From Octopus sinensis (taxonomy: Eukaryota), in assembly GCF_006345805.1 (NCBI RefSeq), contig NC_042998.1:191270001-191334000 (forward strand): a DNA stretch of 64,000 nt. Reading direction: 5' to 3'. Numbering within the stretch: the stretch's first letter is position 1; every line of letters begins with the position of its first letter. The position numbers and the translations under genes were made by a program. Under the pieces are notes generated by a model. The model was not told the origin of the DNA. It made no database searches and was given only the letters and a program-made list of their open reading frames with translations. Shown here in pieces: positions 55,834 through 64,000 of the stretch.

Positions 55834-56659
55834 GGTGTATATGCTTATGTAAATATTTGTATACATGTATGTGAATGAGTGAGTCTGTGTGCGTGTGAAC
55901 TCATGTTGTCAGTGTCACATGTACGTTTGCGGCAGACATATCCACGCACCCGCTACTGACGTTTTCCTGATGTTACCCTGTCATTACTTATACATAATGA
56001 ATCACAAATTTCATCACTGCGTTCTTACGAAAGCTTCCATACACAAATAAATATACATTGTTATATTTTCATATTAGTCGCATTCCTGTCAGTAAAAGAA
56101 ATTTGTCTTTAAAGTCTTTTTTTTTTAAATAAAACCACCATTGAGCAGGATTACAACAATTTTCTACTTTGTTTAGAATCGAACACCAGATTCTGTCGCA
56201 CTGGAAATAAATATTGCCTTTGTTATTTACATTATCATTGAAGACTGTTGTTAATAAACAGTGATTAACAAAACAAGGTATGGATTTCTATTCGATATAT
56301 CGATTATTCCGATAAACTAAAGAACAGCAGCAGCATGGGCAGGTGATATATGCGATTGTCACTCAGTACGCAACCGTTACTTATATTATCGATCAGAAAG
56401 CGGTCAGGGTTAATCTAACTCTAGGGAGATTTGAACATAGTGATAAAAAGCAATTCGAATACGTGTTGGCCTCCCTCTAAAAGTATTGCTCTAAATTGAC
56501 TCCTTACAAAAGCGAAAACCCGAGGAAATAAGAAAGGTGGAATTTGTAAGATTTATATTTTTACCAGAAAATTTAGCGCCGTAAGTCAGTTATTATCATA
56601 TAGTGCCAAATTATATACTGTTACTTCTAACAATACAGACTCCTCTACAAATGATAATA

Positions 56660-57207
56660 CGGAGTGAGTCAAAAAGTAATGCCATTTTGTTTAGGATAGG
56701 TATAATTACCAACACAGGAATATGTATCATACATCAAAATGAAGATGCTCCTCTGTGGTTCACATCCCTACTTCTCAACATAGTCACCGTTTCTTGTAAT
56801 AGGAATGTTCCACCTTCGAATGATAGCATGTATTCCTGCCCCGTAAAATTCTGTCGACTGTTCTTTGAGCCACTTCTTTACTACCTCCACACTCACCAGA
56901 TTTAGAACCTTCAGCTTATCATCTCTTCGGCGCCACGAAAGAGGGTTTGAGAGCTAAACGTTATTCCAGTGATGAGGAAGTGAAAACTGTAGTAAAGAAG
57001 TGGCTCAAAGAACAGTCAACAGAATTTTACAGGGAAGGGTTACAGCTCTCATTCGAAGGTGGAACATGGCTATTGAGAGAAACGGTGACTATGTTGAGAA
57101 GTAGGGACCACAGAGGACCAGCTTCATTTTGATGTATGATAAATGTTCCTGTGTTGGTAATTATACCTGTCCTAAACAAAATGGCATTACTTTTTGACTC
57201 ACCTTCG
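56660..57207. mobile_element. palindromic mariner-derived MITE
   Basis: TA flanks at 56658-56659 and 57208-57209; arms 56660-56884 and 56989-57207; transposase C-terminus SPDLEPSAYHLF..YSSDEEVKTVVKKWL..RRWN..ERNGDYVEK (mariner YSPDLAPSD motif). Confidence 0.92.
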
Positions 57208-57879
57208 TACTTTTTGATTCTCTCATGCAGATTTCAACCACATGAGCCAACTAGAGAACGAGAGAATCTATACGTGGTTACTCAGTTTACTTGAAATACT
57301 AGCCAAACCTACCTAAAATCCCATTCATCGTCTTACAAATTGCATTGTATATATACCTCCTTACCAGGCCCAAGTGTAAAAACAAAGCAACAACATCAGA
57401 AATACTAGCAATACCAATATTTATAACAACAGCATGAAGTGTAAGTACATAACACAATACATTCACTGAAATCTTCTTACATAGGAGACTCAGTCGTTAC
57501 ACATGCCAGGAAAACTATCTTCCCTCTATACAATTTACCCATGAACGACAAGCAGCTAAATTTCTAGAAGTCAAGCTGATGATCGTTCGTGAAGTTTATG
57601 TGTAGACTGACAAAACAGTATCCCATAGAATAAAATTTCCTTTTAAGAGTCTGTGGTGTTGATCCGTCAACGATCCTTTGCAAAACTCTAACAAGATCCA
57701 CACCAGAATACCTACTCGGACATTTGGATACTTGCGCAGCCACAAACATCCTCATTGACTTCATCCCGCAATGTAGGTCATCTGGATGGATGGTACAGAT
57801 CCAATAATAAACACAGTACAATTACTCAATCGCAGAGCACTCCCTGAGCACTCTCTGTCTTTATTCTCTCTATCTCTCT

Positions 57880-58082
57880 CCGTCTTAACTATTACTACAT
57901 TTTTGTTATTACTACCATACACATTTTTCTCTCCTTGTTTCTTTCGGTGTTCCTTTTTGTGGAAGAGCGTAGGCTCGAAACGTAAAAGACCTTTTCAATT
58001 CCTGAGCGTTATACTAATACATCTGTTTGTTTTCAATACCACCTGTCTTCGTCTTTTGTTTTTTTTCGTCAGTTCTCCCCTT
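57880..58082 (+). mobile_element. Penelope-like terminal repeat copy
   Basis: Homologous to 55510-55662; upstream VYV*TDKTVSHRI (~57593-57631) weakly resembles a GIY-YIG YVGQT..RI motif. Confidence 0.55.
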
Positions 58083-59372
58083 TACTATTACTACTTAGAT
58101 TTCTACTCATTCGAACCAAGAAACTACGTTCTGTGTCTTTCTTTTTACAGAAACTGTCCTCTCACGTATATATATATACGTACCTCACTTCCGAAACCTT
58201 TAGATCGATACTTTGTTCACGGATGAGCAGGTGTTTTGAAACTGGCTCCAATAAATTGGCTTTTCTCAGGAAGGCTCAGATATAATTGTCTGGCAAGTTT
58301 GTCAGATCCTGAAATGTTCAGCGATGCATTACTCGATTTCTCCCCTTTTTATATTTCTAAATAACTATGTATTACATAATGTCAATGCATCACCATTTAA
58401 GGAGAGTTCAGAAGATTAGGTCAGGTGATATTTTATAGACTCTAGAATTAACAAAATGCTAAGTCGATTTAGTTGGGATATGAAATCACAATGTAAAGTT
58501 ATATAACTAAATAGTGCCATGTGTTTTTCCAGCATTGTTGTCTTTTGGCCAACCAGTGCCTCGGTTTTCACCAGGAAGACAAAAGGTATTATAGAAGTAA
58601 GGGCTAATGAGGAAAAAATCGTAAAAGGCAGGAAGTAATAGGAGAAAAATTTCTCTCGAATGACATCCTATCATCATAGAAATGAAAATATTTAACAAAT
58701 AGTCCGGAGTATATTATACATAGATATCTGAATAAAAGGCGGGCGTCATGGTTAAAAGCCCGTGATTATTGTATTGTAGGTTCATAAATGATTTGTGAGT
58801 AAATCAAGAAAATCAAAAGCTAAATTAACTATAACAACTAAGGCAACTGTAATAATATTGATTTAATATTGTGCAAAAAAAAAGAAGCAAAAAAGAAAAA
58901 ATAAAAGAAAAAAAGCTAGCTAATGTACTGTATAAATTTTTGTACATTACGAGTATATATATTATTTTGCAAACCTGAAAATGAAAGCATAATAATTTGA
59001 TAGCAGAACATGGAAGAGCAAAACTGCTAACGACCGGAGAATTAACCCGATTCTCGCCAACAACGATGAAGTATATTAATACACTATAACGGTTTAAACT
59101 TCTAAGCTTGAAAATAGAACAAGGCAAACAGATACAATTAGGTTTAACAATATAGCACAAATATCCAATGTTATACTTCTATTTTGCTGTGTTTCCTGTT
59201 ACAAACATTATATAGAGACAAAGAACGTAAACATGAGGATAAAAAAAACCACGCATGGCTGGTACTCCCTCAGAAAGAAGGGGATATATTCTCTCTCTCT
59301 ATCTCTTTTACACGCTCACATATACACACACACGCGCTCAAACAATATAGGCAAACACTTTGGCAAAAACAA

Positions 59373-59770
59373 GCGCAGGAGTGGCTGTGTGGTAAGTGGC
59401 TTCCTTACCAACTACATGATTACGAGTTCAGTTCCACAGCGTGGAACCTTGGGCAAGTATCTTCTACTATAAGCCTTGGGCCGACCAAAGCCTTGTGAGT
59501 GGATTTAGTAGACGGAAATTGAAAGAAGCCCATCGTATATATATATATTTATATGTGTGTGTGTGTGCGCGTGTTCGTGTGTTTCTCCTCCCAAAATCGC
59601 TTGACAACCAATGCTGGCGTGTTTACATCCCCCGTGACTTGGCGGTTCGGCTAAGAAACTGACAGAATAAGTTATAGGATTACAAAGGATAAGTTGTGGG
59701 GTCAATTTGCTCGACTGAAGGCGGCGCTCCAGCATGGCCTTCAGTCAAATGACTGAAACGAATAAAGGAA
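59373..59770 (+). mobile_element. SINE family B, full length, diverged
   Basis: Colinear with 40562-40975. Confidence 0.9.
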
Positions 59771-59894
59771 AATAATGTGTACGTATAGGGTATTATCTGG
59801 AAACAGTGAAGCAGACAATCACCACATCAACGTCTATCATAGCCATCAGCTTCATTTAATTCTCCCCCATCTAGTCCACCACCTCCCCTTCTGC

Positions 59895-60235
59895 TCATCT
59901 TCATCATCATCATCATCACCACCACCACCACCACACCACCACCACCATTAACAACAACAACAACATCATCATCATCATCATCATCATCACTACCACCACC
60001 ACCACCACCACCACTACCATCATCATCATCATCATCACCACCACCACCACCACCACCATCATCACCATCACCATCACCATCATCATTATCATCATCATCA
60101 CCACCACCACAACCACCACCACCACCACCACTACCATCATCATCATCATCATCATCATCACCACCACCACCACCATCATCATCACCATCACCATCATCAT
60201 CATCATCATCATCACCACCACCACCAACCACCACC

Positions 60236-60303
<68 letters not shown>

Positions 60304-60315
60304 CATCATCATCAT

Positions 60316-60380
<65 letters not shown>

Positions 60381-60530
60381 CCATCACCATCATCATCATC
60401 ATCATCATCACCACCACCACAACCACCACCACCACCACCACCATCATCATAATCATCATCATCATCATCATCATCATCTTCATCATCATCATCCTCATCA
60501 TCCTCATCATCATCCTCATCATCATCATCC
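59895..60530. repeat. long compound (CAT)n/(CAC)n trinucleotide array
   Basis: Seen directly, ~635 bp. Confidence 0.95.
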
Positions 60531-60692
60531 ACGGCAGCAGCAGCAACACAATCATCGTAGCCCTTGTCATCATATTCAACGCAGGGTTTGTTGTTGTCGT
60601 CATTGAGGTCATGAGCGTATCCACCATCATCATATATTATCTCCTAGTCTCGTTCCGAACAAGGAAAGTTCAAAATTATGATAATCATTGTA

Positions 60693-60694
<2 letters not shown>

Positions 60695-60757
<63 letters not shown>

Positions 60758-60826
60758 ACACACATACACACGCACACTCGCACACACACGTGTATATTCA
60801 TGCATATATATATATGAAAATATTTA

Positions 60827-60859
<33 letters not shown>

Positions 60860-60912
60860 CCTATGTGTATATATATATATATATATATAATATATATATA
60901 TATATATAATAT

Positions 60913-60991
<79 letters not shown>

Positions 60992-61045
60992 ATATATATA
61001 TATATTATATATATATATATATATAATATATATATATATATATAC
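60695..61045. repeat. (CA)n and (TA)n tracts
   Basis: Seen directly. Confidence 0.95.
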
Positions 61046-61606
61046 CTATGTATGAATAGGTGTGTGTTTGAGTCTGTGTTTTCGTTTATTCAAAATATTT
61101 TATGGGAACTGAAAACAAAAATGAGAGGAATAGGGTGGGGAGTAGGGGCAAAATTGCAAGAATGTGGGTGGAACGTGACGAGAGCCAGGTAAAAGGTAAG
61201 GTCAGTGATGAGAAAGCTCAATGCAATATTAGCAAAGGAGACGTGACACAATAATACACCTACACACGCGAGCGAGATGGCGCATACAGAACGTAAACGT
61301 GAAGAGAAAGGCATCGGTAGGGATCGCCAGCAGAGAAATGAGATATATTAGGAGTGGTCAGAATCTAAAAAACAAAAACAAAAGCATAACACTATATGTA
61401 TATATGTATTGAGAGGTGGGATCGGCAGAAATATATACTAAAGAGAAAGAGTGAGGAGTATTTGTTGGAATGTATTGTGAAATAGGGTTGCAATTGTGAG
61501 GCCTATGAATCGTGGTCGGTACACCGAACGTTAGATGTACCGGGGTTGTACATTGTTGGAATGAATGAAAAGCAATGAGTTCATAAAGATATGTATAGAC
61601 AGATGG

Positions 61607-61607
<1 letters not shown>

Positions 61608-61637
<30 letters not shown>

Positions 61638-61929
61638 TGTATGTATGTATGTATGTATGTATGTATGTATGTATGTATGTATGTATGTACGTATGTATGT
61701 ACGTATGTATGTATGTAGTATGTATGTATGTATGTATGCATGAATGCATGCATATAGGTAAAGAGGTAGATAGATAGAGAGATACATAGTTGGGTAAATA
61801 GATAGATATATAGATAGGTATGTAGGTAGGCAGATTGATAGATAGACAGATAGATAGAGAGAGATAAATATATATATATATATAGGTAGATAGATAGGAA
61901 GACAGATATATAGATAGATAGATAGATAG

Positions 61930-61979
<50 letters not shown>

Positions 61980-62007
61980 GTAGATAGGTAGATAAATAGA
62001 TAGATAT

Positions 62008-62050
<43 letters not shown>

Positions 62051-62111
62051 TATAGATAGATAGATAGATAGGTAGAGAGATAGATAGACAGGTAGAGAGA
62101 TAGATAAATAT

Positions 62112-62145
<34 letters not shown>

Positions 62146-62146
62146 T

Positions 62147-62180
<34 letters not shown>

Positions 62181-62187
62181 GAGAGAG

Positions 62188-62223
<36 letters not shown>
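61608..62223. repeat. (TATG)n, (GATA)n and (GA)n compound microsatellite
   Basis: Seen directly. Confidence 0.95.
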
Positions 62224-62226
<3 letters not shown>

Positions 62227-64000
62227 ATGAAGGTGCTTAAGTATTACTTATATTATTTAGCCAAAACATGGTTTGAAATCTGAACATAAAGTGATAGAAC
62301 AGCAAGGAAAAAGGCAGGGCGGGGGTTGTCACTAATGATTTGCATATAACTATAAAATGAAGCAAATTTCATGTTCAGTTCATGTGTGTGTGCCTGCGCG
62401 TGTGTGCAGGAATTCAATATGAAATAGATTAACGTTATAGTATTCATCATACCACACACGCGCACACACTCGCGCTGTAGAAACGAACAGACGTACTACA
62501 TTGCACATAATTTCTCGCTTATACGTATACACACACACACAAAAGCATATATTCAAGCACCCAAATATACACACGCATGCATGCACATACACATATGTGT
62601 ATACATATGCATGGGTGTATAAGGAGTTAATTGCATACGCACATATATTTGAATATATCTTCCTGTATATCTAATCGAAATGAGAAGAGTATAACAAGAG
62701 TTATAATCCACACCGTGGAATATTGTGGAAATAAATGTTCTGGATAGATTTGAGGTAAAAATATTTCCCAATATATATTAGCTGATAAATGGTTACAGAT
62801 TTATCTTGAGAATGAGTGACAGGGTACATAGTTTGACTTCATTTTCTTTGCCGCAATTGGAAATCACGTTTCTAATTTCACCCGAAACATTTGTTAATTC
62901 TATATATTTGTTAGCGTTTTATGACAGGGAAAGTTATATCAAGCATTATCCAAGGCCTACGAGATTTGTTGGAAGTAAGGTCTCTTCAGACTGGAGACCT
63001 GACCCAACTGATTGTAAGAAAATAGACGCCTCTAATGGCACCCAATGCCTGAGCAAAGGTGTCAAACTGGACCAGTTTCATTTGGTATATATGCACCGAT
63101 AGACGAACTGAATACTGGTTAAAAATCTCTATGTCAGACCTAAGGATTTACCCATCCACACCTCAATCAATAACCTGACAACATGCACAAGAGTCACATG
63201 AAAAATTATCGTTTCTCTAGAACGTTATATCTTTTATTACTTTAGTCACTGTAAAATTGATATCCTTTAGGATGATATAACAAATTAAAATTATCGAAAG
63301 AGTGATGGAAGTTTAAGACCAAGGTAGGGACTTGAACGCAGAATCTAGAGAGACTCAACTTAATTTTTAACCGATGCTTTACAGTTTCTGCTTTTAAATT
63401 ACAATGTATTGACTTTATCGTTCATATGTATCATACGCGCAAGGCTATTCAAGAGAAGGTAGTAATTTGAATTGACCCTGGTACGTGCGTGGAACTCATT
63501 TTATCGACTCTCATAAAAATTTGAATTCATAACGTAAAGAGGCGCGAACGACTAGACACAAGACCTTTCGTTCGAGGATCTACCGATTCTGGCATTCATA
63601 GCCTGTGTAAAATACTTCATAGTGAATTCTTACAAGGGTTTAAATAACAAATATCATTTGTAGAAAATATGAAATTATAACTGGGTGATGTCTATATCAT
63701 GAAGCTGTAGAGTCAAATAAAGCTAAATTCTGTTCCTCAAAGACTTGCGCGAAAACACATTTCTACAGCCGAGTTTTGAGACAATATCATAAGCCGTGTT
63801 TACAACCAATCCATGGAATATTGATTTTTTGACATAGGTACACATGGCTTTAGATTTATAAGGGAAAACATTAAAACAACATCACGTGTATCGTTTGCGT
63901 TTCATGACAGTAAACTTTAAGGACTTGAACTGGAAGATGAAATGTAACTGTACTCAGAGAAAACTCATATCTAAGATACTTGACAAACTTAGTGTATATT

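Overview
AT-rich eukaryotic non-coding DNA (intergenic or intronic), dense with (TA)n, (CA)n, (TACA)n, (GATA)n and (TAA)n microsatellites. The SINE repertoire and repeat style point to a coleoid cephalopod, most likely Octopus (inference from recalled repeat families). I cannot support any intact protein-coding gene: nearly all listed ORFs are translated microsatellites or decayed transposon fragments. The window holds at least four tRNA-derived SINE families (several copies with target-site duplications), a tandem stack of R4/Dong-type non-LTR fragments in (TAA)n tracts, CR1-like and RTE-like LINE relics, a non-autonomous Helitron, a palindromic mariner derivative, a long-TIR MITE carrying telomere-like (CCCTAA)n, and Penelope-like terminal repeats. 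The most notable signal is a set of type I hammerhead-ribozyme motifs. One sits in a ~260-bp directly repeated unit resembling a retrozyme. Several long inverted repeats could form dsRNA or pre-miRNA-like hairpins. All alignments and folds were done by eye.
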